DNA from: Pseudobdellovibrionaceae bacterium
GTDB lineage: Bacteria; Bdellovibrionota; Bdellovibrionia; Bdellovibrionales; JAMPXM01
Length of the DNA stretch: 35,957 nucleotides
Direction of reading: 5' to 3'
NCBI GenBank assembly: GCA_022843085.1
Contig: JALHOI010000002.1
Coordinates: 1 to 35,957, forward strand
The position numbers and the translations under genes are program-made. Numbering within the stretch: position 1 is the stretch's first letter; each line of letters opens with the position of its first letter. Shown here in pieces: positions 25,079-33,507 of this stretch. Below the pieces are notes generated by a model. It searched no databases. It had not been told where the DNA came from and saw nothing but the letters and a program-made list of their open reading frames with translations.

Positions 25079-25224
25079 CAAAATCTTACGACCGTTCGTC
25101 TCGTCGCGAGACCTTGAACTAACTGAAGCGAATCCGGGCGTACGATTGTCACGATTCAAGGACGATCAGTCTAGTTTCGCTTGGTAGGCCATGGTCGCGT
25201 CCGGCTCTCTCCGATGTACTTATG

Positions 25225-25269
25225 CCAGAACGCTGGACACCAGAACGCTGGATACCAGAACGTTGATTG
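25225..25269. repeat. 15-bp tandem repeat, 3 copies, in the leader of a lipoprotein gene
   Basis: ccagaacgctggaca / ccagaacgctggata / ccagaacgttgattg. The first two units can each form ccag-aacg-ctgg. Confidence 0.85.
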
Positions 25270-25283
25270 GCCAAAGGAGAGCT

Positions 25284-26333
25284 ATGAAAACTCAAATCGT
25301 GAGAACTGGTCTTACACTTGCGGGATTGCAGCTCGTCCTTGCATGTTCGCCGGTTGAGTTTCGGCAGATCGCAAGCGAGTCCATCACGCGTTCCGTCACA
25401 CCGCAACCTGACCTCGTGATAACTCCCGAACCTCAGCCGTCGCCGCCCCCGATTCTTCCTGTTCCGGTACCACCCGCTCCTCCGGCGCCGGTCGTAACGA
25501 AGGGCGCCTGCGCTGACGATTCGAGCACGCGTCTGCTGAGTTGCATGAACTGCCTTGTTCCACTTCCGCCCCCGCTTCCACCTCAGTTTTCAAAGAAGGG
25601 TCAGGCGCTGCTTGATATCATGACGGCGAGCTGCCAGGTGAAAAATAAAAGTGATCCGACTGGTTACGTGCCGCCATCGCGAGCCGAACTTCTCGGGCGC
25701 CTAAACCGACTTTCGCCGTCGCTCTATCCTGACACGCCTATGACGGCGCTTCAGATTTCAACTGTTGATTCGCTGCTGACGAACCCGAAGGCCGTTAAAG
25801 ATATGTTCGGTGGGATCTTCTATTCGGGCGTCACGCCTCAGACTGTGGCATTCGAAACCTATTTTGGAATTGAAACGATTGAGGCTCGCTACACATTTTG
25901 TTATGCGAGTGCTGCTAATGGAACGGCTGAAGGTATCTCGTCGACTTTTAACCGTTTTAACTCGACGCCGCTTCATTCAAAAGCTTGGATCGACTGCCAG
26001 TATGGAAGTGATCCCTCGAACTGCCGTGAAAACGCTGCTTATCAGGCTGGAAACGTCTATCGCAACCAGCTGCGCACCTCGATGAACGAGTCGATCAATC
26101 GGCCCTACATTGCGCCGAAGCCGATTCCAATCGCGAAATGCGACTGGGAAAAGTTCGAAGGTCTGTACGACGAACGTGCCGATCGCCAGATACAAGTGTG
26201 GCTTGCGTCCGGTTATAAAATCGGAGGCGAAGTCACTGCGTCAACGCCGGCTCAAAACATGTGTGCAGAGATCAAAGCTCCCGTCGCCGGTGTGACCGGA
26301 AAAATTTCGATGGCCGCTTATCGTTGTCAGTAG
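25284..26333 (+). CDS. hypothetical lipoprotein (Pro-rich linker, Cys-rich body)
   Basis: ORF 25191..26333. ATG 25284 is preceded by aggaga. Signal plus lipobox (LQLVLAC). The linker is PPPILPVPVPPAPPAP. Confidence 0.7.
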   Translation: MKTQIVRTGLTLAGLQLVLACSPVEFRQIASESITRSVTPQPDLVITPEPQPSPPPILPVPVPPAPPAPVVTKGACADDSSTRLLSCMNCLVPLPPPLPPQFSKKGQALLDIMTASCQVKNKSDPTGYVPPSRAELLGRLNRLSPSLYPDTPMTALQISTVDSLLTNPKAVKDMFGGIFYSGVTPQTVAFETYFGIETIEARYTFCYASAANGTAEGISSTFNRFNSTPLHSKAWIDCQYGSDPSNCRENAAYQAGNVYRNQLRTSMNESINRPYIAPKPIPIAKCDWEKFEGLYDERADRQIQVWLASGYKIGGEVTASTPAQNMCAEIKAPVAGVTGKISMAAYRCQ

Positions 26334-26334
26334 G

Positions 26335-27264
26335 CTAGCGCAGTTCTTCTAACGAGACGACCTCGAGTGTGAGGTCGCTTTTAATCTTTGCTCGAACAGA
26401 ATAGCTTTCAGTTGTCGCGCGTGAGTTCTTCTTCGCCGCGCAGTGAAGCCGAATCCAAGCGCTGAATCCGACATCGTTAATCGTCGCATCCTTGAAGGGT
26501 TTCGTGAAAAAGAAAGCGCCGTTGAAAATTTCGGTACCAGTCTGAATCGCATTTTTGTTCGAACAAGCAAGAGAGCTCGTTAACTGCGTAGTGACTTTAG
26601 CAGATCCGATACCGTGCCAGCCGACATAAACGTCGGAGGAGCGGGCAGCGAGATTTGTGTTGACGATGGTGACTTCAATCTTGTCGCCGTTCTCCATTTC
26701 GACCGACAAAGGCGTTGTCATTTCGAAAGCGAACTTTCGAATTTTTGCTCCAAGAATGTCGAGCGTTGCATGATTGACCTCGCCTGATTGATGCCCGATT
26801 TCGTGGATGAGGACCGAGATAATTGAGGGATAGTCGAGACGCGGTTTTCCGGCGTCGTCGTAAAGCATATCGGTGTTCACAAAAATAGGCTGATCGCTGG
26901 TGAGTGACGTTTTTGCAAGACGATGTTTTTCGCCAGGTGCCGTATCGAAAAACCCTGGCCTGCTGGCCGCTGACACAAACAGAAGCCGTTCAGGGTTCGA
27001 GGCGTTTTGCACAGCGATCTCGCTTATTTTCAGCATCAATATTTTTTCGCTCGTTGTGGGCGCACACTCTTTCGAGGCAAAACAAGACCCAATAAGTGAA
27101 GGCAGCATCAAATATGAATACTGAAAATTGCTTTCGACCAGGCCTGCGCCATTTCCGACGATACTCCCGCCTGTGCGCGCGAAACTATGCTTCGATCCGT
27201 GTAGCGACAGAGCCCAAAAGAAGCTCATACCAAGCAAAAAACTGAAGAAGCGTTTAAACGTCAT
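26335..27264 (-). CDS. secreted protein with an HExxH zinc-metalloprotease-like motif
   Basis: ORF 26335..27303. Start ATG 27264 (MTFKRFFSFLLGMSFFWALSLHG) overlaps the upstream gene's end by 11 nt. The motif is VLIHEIGHQSGE. Otherwise no family recognised. Confidence 0.65.
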   Translation of the reverse strand: MTFKRFFSFLLGMSFFWALSLHGSKHSFARTGGSIVGNGAGLVESNFQYSYLMLPSLIGSCFASKECAPTTSEKILMLKISEIAVQNASNPERLLFVSAASRPGFFDTAPGEKHRLAKTSLTSDQPIFVNTDMLYDDAGKPRLDYPSIISVLIHEIGHQSGEVNHATLDILGAKIRKFAFEMTTPLSVEMENGDKIEVTIVNTNLAARSSDVYVGWHGIGSAKVTTQLTSSLACSNKNAIQTGTEIFNGAFFFTKPFKDATINDVGFSAWIRLHCAAKKNSRATTESYSVRAKIKSDLTLEVVSLEELR

Positions 27265-28090
27265 GACGTGTTCCTTCGTCGGTGTGCTCAAAAAACTGCA
27301 CATTCAGTTGGTAGATTTCGTTGGCCGTTTCTGACCCAAATTCTTTATTGAAAGATTTGACGAACCCGAGGATTCGTTCTTTCGCTAGTGGAAGTTTGGT
27401 TCTATCAAATTGAACCGCGAGAGAGTTGAACTGCCGACCTTGAACGGTCTGCTCCTCGATGGCTTCAAGCGCACGCGAGATCATTCCACGATGATTGGCT
27501 CGAATCGATTCGGATGTGATCTCGTGTGTTGTCTCTGTTTCGGTTTTTCCGGGTCGCAACTTTCCAGTCTGTTGATCGCGGATGATGAGTCCGGTTTCTT
27601 CAAGTAATTTCAGGGCCATCGCGGCCTCTTTTGGAGTGACTTTTTTGCGAAGTCGCCGGCTGATCCAAATTGGATCTTCTTGAAATCGAGATCCACCAAC
27701 GAGAAGTTTGACGACTAGCACATACCAATCACGGATGAGCTTGAAGCCAGTGAGATCAATCTTGTGGTACGACGAAAGCCGATTGAGTTGGTGGGCTAAG
27801 CCGTAAACGGGCTTGCCCTTTTTTTCACGTCTTTCAATTTCGACGTTTAAGCGAATGCGTTCGCGTTCGGCCGGTTTGGTTTTCCAGATTTGAAAAAGTC
27901 CCTCGAGAAGTGAGGCCGATGGTAGCCGAGTGCCATTCGCGACCATCGATAAGGTGCTGGCCGAGTTGTAGCCAAGCATTTGTGCAAGTTCTTGAAGGGT
28001 CAAAACCTTTTTCCCGCTTTGATTGCGAGCAGTTACTTTGAGGTTGTACTCAAAAAAATCTTTGAAGCTGTCGAACTCAGAGGGCTTCAT
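27254..28090 (-). CDS. TIGR02147-type protein (N-terminal HTH, DUF4423-like C-terminal domain)
   Basis: 278 aa. FKDFFEYNLK...LTLQELAQMLGYNSASTLSMVANGTRLPS fits the family's N-terminal HTH pattern. Length and C-terminal half are consistent with that family (recognised from memory, not searched). Confidence 0.65.
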   Translation of the reverse strand: MKPSEFDSFKDFFEYNLKVTARNQSGKKVLTLQELAQMLGYNSASTLSMVANGTRLPSASLLEGLFQIWKTKPAERERIRLNVEIERREKKGKPVYGLAHQLNRLSSYHKIDLTGFKLIRDWYVLVVKLLVGGSRFQEDPIWISRRLRKKVTPKEAAMALKLLEETGLIIRDQQTGKLRPGKTETETTHEITSESIRANHRGMISRALEAIEEQTVQGRQFNSLAVQFDRTKLPLAKERILGFVKSFNKEFGSETANEIYQLNVQFFEHTDEGTRHDV

Positions 28091-28166
28091 ATCTGCTCGA
28101 GCGAAAGAGTTGAGGCGATCGTGATGCTGAGAAAAGTGGGGCGCTGAAGTCGCGCCCCCGATTCAA

Positions 28167-28490
28167 CTAGCGCATGTACTGGTCGACTTGACGCTGATAC
28201 TCGGCTTCCATTTCGGCCGGAGTTTGTTTTGGGAAAAGGTCGTTGAACTTACGCAACCAAGCTGGGGTTCCCCATGCTTTCGGTGGGCATGGAACTTCGG
28301 CTGCGTCTCCGTACGAGCACTTCACGACGTAAGGTGCGCTTGGTGGGCGCACGGCATAGGTCACCATGACGCATTCTGTACCGCTTTCACCGCGGTCGCA
28401 GACCTTCTCGGTCACAAGAATAGTTTTCGCGTTGGCCGTGACTGATACGATCGAAGCGGTAGCGACAAGAGCGAGCATGAATGATTTCAT
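28167..28490 (-). CDS. small secreted protein, 4 Cys, unknown function
   Basis: 107-aa ORF with a signal peptide (MKSFMLALVATASIVSVTANA). Confidence 0.55.
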   Translation of the reverse strand: MKSFMLALVATASIVSVTANAKTILVTEKVCDRGESGTECVMVTYAVRPPSAPYVVKCSYGDAAEVPCPPKAWGTPAWLRKFNDLFPKQTPAEMEAEYQRQVDQYMR

Positions 28491-28780
28491 TTGGACCCCT
28501 TTTGGTTTTCAGTCGCTGACTGGCCAGCAACATGGCGCCGTGTAGAACCTTTTTCTTCTCGGTGGTCCAACAAAAATTCACAAAATTTGAAAAATAATTT
28601 CACAAAGCGCGCAGAAATTTTACGACGCGGGTCCGTAAGTTATTAGAACTTCCATTTAATATCGGATGCTGAGTTGTGCCGTGGCCGAAGCCGCCTGGCG
28701 TTAGTAAATCGACCGGTTCGGCGAGACGAAGGACCGTTCCTTGACTCGTGCATTCGCGCGAAAGGCGTCAAACTGATTTG

Positions 28781-29716
28781 ATGCGTACGGCGATTCTTAT
28801 GATCATTACGTTTTTGTTTTTCCCGCGAGCTTTTGGCGCTGAGATCAAACCACATCTGGCGTTCACAGAAAAAAAACTCTTAAGGAATGGCTTCTCGAAA
28901 AGTTTCGTTCGCGAGTTACTTGCGACTTACGAACCCCGCGACTTCGCATCTGTCATTGAGCTGAATGTTCTCTTGTTTCTTCGCAAATCAGACTATCACG
29001 GACCGCAGGTGAACGCTGAGGCTGAACGTGAAGTTCGAAACTTTGCTCGTCTCCATCAAGAAGATCTCGCGCGGGCAGAGAAGTTAAACGGCGTACCGAG
29101 TGCTGTTACCTCGAGTTTACTTTGGATTGAATCACGACACGGCAAAAATTCAGGCGACTTTCATGTGCCGAGTGTTTATCTGCACCTCATTCAGGCTCCG
29201 CGGGTCAGCGTCCAAAATTACCTGCTGACTCGAACGAAGAAGTACGCTGAGAAAACTTCTCAAGCCGATCGCAAAAAGATTATCGCTCGTACGCATAGCA
29301 AGTCCGAATGGGCACTCAGTGAGCTTAAGGCAATCGAAAAAGTTTATCGCTGGAAGTGGAAAATGGGTGCCGAGTTTCGCGGCTCATTTTCAGGCGCATT
29401 TGGAATTCCGCAGTTTATTCCTTCGAGTTATGTGAGATGGGCGCGCTCGGTGGGCGCTGATCGAAACCCCGCGGCTCAGCCAGATTTGATGAAGCCACCT
29501 GATGCGATTTTAAGTGTTGCTTACTACCTTCGCGATCATGGCTGGTTGTCCGACGACGCAGATGCCAGGTTCTCTTCACTTCTGAAATACAACAACAGCC
29601 GCGACTACGCGAATGCCATTCTGACGCTCGCCGACCGAATTGAAACGCGCCAACCGACGTCTTTGAAATCGGCTGGTCCCAGGCCTGCGGCGCGCAACGA
29701 ATCGGGTGCGAATTAA
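28781..29716 (+). CDS. lytic murein transglycosylase (MltB/SLT_2 family)
   Basis: ORF 28748..29716. ATG 28781 gives a signal peptide. Family motifs are LWIESRHG and GAFGIPQFIPSSY. Confidence 0.8.
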   Translation: MRTAILMIITFLFFPRAFGAEIKPHLAFTEKKLLRNGFSKSFVRELLATYEPRDFASVIELNVLLFLRKSDYHGPQVNAEAEREVRNFARLHQEDLARAEKLNGVPSAVTSSLLWIESRHGKNSGDFHVPSVYLHLIQAPRVSVQNYLLTRTKKYAEKTSQADRKKIIARTHSKSEWALSELKAIEKVYRWKWKMGAEFRGSFSGAFGIPQFIPSSYVRWARSVGADRNPAAQPDLMKPPDAILSVAYYLRDHGWLSDDADARFSSLLKYNNSRDYANAILTLADRIETRQPTSLKSAGPRPAARNESGAN

Positions 29717-29755
29717 CTTAAGTTTTTTCAATTTAAGTCTGTGGTCGTGAGATTG

Positions 29756-30205
29756 TTAGTTAACGACGTAGGTCATGGGGACGGTTTTTTTATTTCTCTG
29801 AAGATCGATTTCAACACGGGAAGCGCCGTGAAGATCCTTGTAGAGAAGCATCGCATCAGTCGCCGACAAAACAGGGTAGACCTCGGTGACCATGCCGTTG
29901 CGCTCTTCGCGAAATATTCTCACTTCGGTGAGGCAATCGCCAACTCGTGCCTTCAAAACATCTTTGATCACGGGGTCACGTATTTCGGAGATCTCGACAC
30001 AGGTCACTTCGTCAGCGTCATTTAAAATTGGAGTAAGTCTGACCATTTTCAACAATTCAGAGGGCTGCCGAAACTTTACTCGCAGTTTTTCTGAAACCAA
30101 AACTTCAGTGCGTTTTGAATCGGGAATTTTTACGGCGTGGGCAGGGCCTGCAAAAGTGAGCAAAAAAAGTGCGGTCAAAATAGACTGTGATTTAAAGCGT
30201 GCCAT
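29756..30205 (-). CDS. hypothetical secreted protein
   Basis: ORF 29756..30265. ATG 30205 gives the signal peptide MARFKSQSILTALFLLTFAGPAHA. No family recognised. Confidence 0.55.
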   Translation of the reverse strand: MARFKSQSILTALFLLTFAGPAHAVKIPDSKRTEVLVSEKLRVKFRQPSELLKMVRLTPILNDADEVTCVEISEIRDPVIKDVLKARVGDCLTEVRIFREERNGMVTEVYPVLSATDAMLLYKDLHGASRVEIDLQRNKKTVPMTYVVN

Positions 30206-30485
30206 AGGGTGTCCCTCTTCGGTGCCACAGATCAAACTTCGAGCAGCCGCAATTTTATAAAGCAAACTTCAAGCCGTAGGATAGGTGCGCGAAGGCACTA
30301 ATGTGCTTAAAGGCTAACTGGTTCGTGGGGCGTTTTTCCAGTCGAGATTTGATGTGCCTGCCCAAACAGTCGCAAGACCTAGGTCTGTGAGCGGACGCTA
30401 ACGAGGCCTTGGGGCCGGAATCTGGCTGAATGCGGCGGAATTTCGTCAACCCTTCGTCAGATCGTCTTCATCGCGATCTAACGAA

Positions 30486-31259
30486 TCACCAGGGAATTGA
30501 TTCTGTCAGGTGAAAGAAACCTCCTGTCGGCCCGTCGGCCGGAAGAAGAGCGAGTCGCACGCTGGTCTTACTGCCATCTTTAAGTTCAAGCATGGCATTC
30601 GAACCGCCCATATCAGTTTTAACCCAGCCAGGATGCGCTGAATTCACCTTGATGGCAGTACCCTTGAGCTCGTCTGCGAGGTGAATTGTAAAGGCATTGA
30701 GCGCTGTCTTCGACGCGTTGTAAGCGAAAGCTTTGCTATTCGAAATCGGCGAGTTTTTCGTCGATTGAAGTGTCAGCGATCCGATGATGCTCGACAGATT
30801 TACTATTCGACCCGCCGGGGCGAGCTTGATCAGCGGGAGCAGCGTTTGCGTGAGCGCGACGACGCCGAAAAAGTTGGTCTCGAAAGTGTCGCGAATCGTT
30901 TTAAGAGGTGTTGTGCTCGTGTAGTTTGGTTTCGTTTGCGACGCATTCGCATTGTCGATGTAGATTGCAGCATTGTTAATGAGGATATCAAGTCGACCAA
31001 ATTCAGATTCAATGTGTCGTTTAAGTTTTAAGTGGTCATCTTCATTTGTAACTTCAAACTTGATGGAAGAAGCTGAAAAATTTTTGCTGCGAAGTTTGGC
31101 TGCCGCGGCCTCGCCCTTGGCTGGGTCACGTGAACCAATAATGACATGAACATCGTTTTCACAAAGTTCGCGCGCGGTTTCGAATCCAAGACCGCGGTTG
31201 CCGCCGCTGACGAAAGCAATTTTTTTTCCTGATCCGTGGTTTGTTCTTTCTGTCTTCAC
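30486..31259 (-). CDS. SDR-family oxidoreductase (classical short-chain dehydrogenase/carbonyl-reductase-like)
   Basis: Cofactor motif VSGGNRGLG, NNAA, catalytic YNASK. GTG 31259 lies 7 nt after aaggaga. The upstream ATG 31292 has no SD. Confidence 0.85.
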   Translation of the reverse strand: MKTERTNHGSGKKIAFVSGGNRGLGFETARELCENDVHVIIGSRDPAKGEAAAAKLRSKNFSASSIKFEVTNEDDHLKLKRHIESEFGRLDILINNAAIYIDNANASQTKPNYTSTTPLKTIRDTFETNFFGVVALTQTLLPLIKLAPAGRIVNLSSIIGSLTLQSTKNSPISNSKAFAYNASKTALNAFTIHLADELKGTAIKVNSAHPGWVKTDMGGSNAMLELKDGSKTSVRLALLPADGPTGGFFHLTESIPW

Positions 31260-31715
31260 GATCCTATCTCCTTTGGGGCATTTCGGTCTCATGTTCCCGG
31301 AATCGGGCGCGCGAGCTGCGCGGTCATGGGTTTGGCCCCGATTTGAGTTTTACGCAAGTCTTGCATCGCCACTGGCGTCTGGCAAAGCTGCTGGCGCAAA
31401 AATCTTTTTTAAAGGAATCGAAGTGGCGGCACCTCTAATTTTACCCATCATTTTTAACGAGCGAAAACTTCCGGATCAGGCTCCAGATGAAACTGAACAA
31501 GATCCGGGCAAAAATGTTCCTCATCAGGATCCCGATGCAAGAGACTCCGAGAGCTCTCAACCCAAAACGCCTAGAATTGATGAAAAAATTGATCAAAAGC
31601 CCGCGATGATTGATCCGAAGCCTCAACCAGATCCAGGCAAGATCAACCTGTAATATTCGGAAGCCGCATCACGTTTTTTGTTCAGCTCAAAAGAAACAGG
31701 TTGGCCTTAAACACG

Positions 31716-32969
31716 TCATGCGGCTCCGAGATGGTAGCCAGGTAGTTCGACAACAATGCACGTGTTCTTAGACGTTTCGTCATAGAAGATTCGTCCATCG
31801 TGCTCTTCAATAATCGCGGCCGAAATACTGAGTCCCAAGCCTGTGCCGCGACCGGCATCTTTAGTCGTGAAGAACGGATTCATCATTTTTGCGACTACGT
31901 CAGGATCAATTCCATTTCCGGCGTCGGTAAATCTAATCTGAACACGGTTGGACTTCCGTGTGACGTCGATTCGAACCCAAGGATTCTCTCGGTCTTCAAC
32001 GGCGTCGAGCCCATTGCCCAACAAATTCATAAAGACCTGTGAAAGTTGAACGGGTCGGCATCGAACTGAAAGTTGTGCGGGAACGTTCAGAGAGAGCTTT
32101 ACATTCTTGTTTCGAAACTTCTCTGAACAGAGCTCGAGCGTATCGGCAAAGACCCGATCCAGAGTTTCTGCTATCATCGGATCTTTTTCCGAATTTCGTG
32201 CAAACGCTCGAAGACCTTTCGTGATTTTGCTAATCCGTTTCACAGTCTCTTCAATCTTTTCGAGATCAGAGCGAATTATACCTAAATCGAGAGGTTCGCG
32301 AGAGAGGCGAGCCCGCGCCAAACCCGCTTTACCTGCGATGATCGCGAGTGGATTATTGATTTCATGTGCGATACCGCCAGCCATTTCGCCTAGCGAACTC
32401 ATTTTTGCTGCGGCCACCATCTGAGACCTTTGCTGTCTCAGCATGCGTTCGAACAGTATCAGGAATAAAATCGAAATTGCAAAAGCGCCGAAAAAATTCA
32501 ACTTCGAAAAGTAATCGATTCGATTCGAATCAACTTGAGAGCGGAAGGGCAAGCTTGAGAGTGGTACGAAGCTGATAAGGAACCAAGATAGAAGAGGAAG
32601 CGCTACCGTAAACACAGTAAACTTTCGATCGAGCTGCCCGCCTAGCATGAGGCCGGCCATGACTGTAGGAATCAAATAGACTTCAACGTTCACCCTCTGA
32701 TCAAAAGCAAGCCCGGTTGCAAAAATATAATAGTTTGCGCTGAAGATAAGGAGGTAGCGAGACGTGACATGACGTCCTGCATTTTCGAGCCACCACGTCA
32801 GCGGCGAAAGAACGAACACACCGACGCCCAACATGGTGGCCGCTGATGGTATGTCGAGTAAAATATAGATCAAGGTGTAGACAGAGGTCGCGAGCCACGC
32901 AGCGTACAGAAAATTAAAGAACAGGCGCTTGCCTTCAACGTCGAGCGGCTGGGTCAGTTGCCTTTGCAT
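31716..32969 (-). CDS. sensor histidine kinase with a polytopic membrane N-terminal domain
   Basis: About 6 TM helices, then the H-box GEMAGGIAHEINNPL, and N/G boxes (NLLGNGLDA, DAGNGI, GTGLGLS). Confidence 0.85.
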   Translation of the reverse strand: MQRQLTQPLDVEGKRLFFNFLYAAWLATSVYTLIYILLDIPSAATMLGVGVFVLSPLTWWLENAGRHVTSRYLLIFSANYYIFATGLAFDQRVNVEVYLIPTVMAGLMLGGQLDRKFTVFTVALPLLSWFLISFVPLSSLPFRSQVDSNRIDYFSKLNFFGAFAISILFLILFERMLRQQRSQMVAAAKMSSLGEMAGGIAHEINNPLAIIAGKAGLARARLSREPLDLGIIRSDLEKIEETVKRISKITKGLRAFARNSEKDPMIAETLDRVFADTLELCSEKFRNKNVKLSLNVPAQLSVRCRPVQLSQVFMNLLGNGLDAVEDRENPWVRIDVTRKSNRVQIRFTDAGNGIDPDVVAKMMNPFFTTKDAGRGTGLGLSISAAIIEEHDGRIFYDETSKNTCIVVELPGYHLGAA

Positions 32970-32994
32970 GAGTCTACTTTCTCTGTTTACTCGA

Positions 32995-33480
32995 CTAAGT
33001 TTTTCGCGGCCCGGCGGTTTTGACTCGCATCATCGATTCGATTTGTCTTGCCTGCTCAACGGTTCGACTGACGGCCGAACGTCCTGCTCGAAGATCGGCG
33101 ACTCTCAAAGCTGCATAGACCCGATTTACAAAAACTTTGCTTTTAACCGGCTTCAGGATGTAGTCGATCGCGCCCAACCTTAGTGCATCGAGAATTTTGT
33201 CGTTCTCGTCGTAGGCTGTCAGCATGACAATTCCGAGTGACGGTTGAAGAACGACGGCAGACCGTACAAAATTCAACCCATCCATTCGAGGCATCATGAT
33301 ATCGCATAACGCTAATCGAGGCGTGTTCCCCGCTTGAAGAAGTTCAACCGCGTGCTGCCCATCGCAGGCCTGCAGAACGCTGAGATTCTCAAGCTCGAGT
33401 ATGCCGGCAAAAACCTCTCTTAAATCAGGTTCGTCTTCGACAATGAGAACATCAAATTCTGTCGGTTTCAGTTCTTGCAT
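32995..33480 (-). CDS. single-domain (REC-only) response regulator with a short C-terminal tail
   Basis: VLIVEDEPDLREV..., phospho-acceptor context LALCDIMMPRMDG, conserved K in ILKP. No DNA-binding domain. SD aggaga upstream. Confidence 0.85.
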   Translation of the reverse strand: MQELKPTEFDVLIVEDEPDLREVFAGILELENLSVLQACDGQHAVELLQAGNTPRLALCDIMMPRMDGLNFVRSAVVLQPSLGIVMLTAYDENDKILDALRLGAIDYILKPVKSKVFVNRVYAALRVADLRAGRSAVSRTVEQARQIESMMRVKTAGPRKT

Positions 33481-33507
33481 TTCGGATCTCCTGCCGGTCG
33501 GTCGATT

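Noticed and set aside
14256-25269. Whether the tandem repeats (14256, 22030, 25225, 4116) could be a degenerate CRISPR array.
   Set aside because: The units are directly adjacent with no unique spacers, there are only 2-3 copies, the units are 15-32 bp, and some lie inside coding sequence. No cas genes are in the window.
31220-31227. A8/T8 homopolymer tracts in coding regions (31220-31227 in the SDR gene; also 1950-1957, 24224-24231, 28869-28876, and A9 at 9493-9501) as phase-variation switches.
   Set aside because: All encode Lys-Lys or Phe-Phe in frame within intact ORFs. Eight to nine bases is short for efficient slippage, and the genes are not typical contingency loci. Noted only as possible sequencing-error hotspots.
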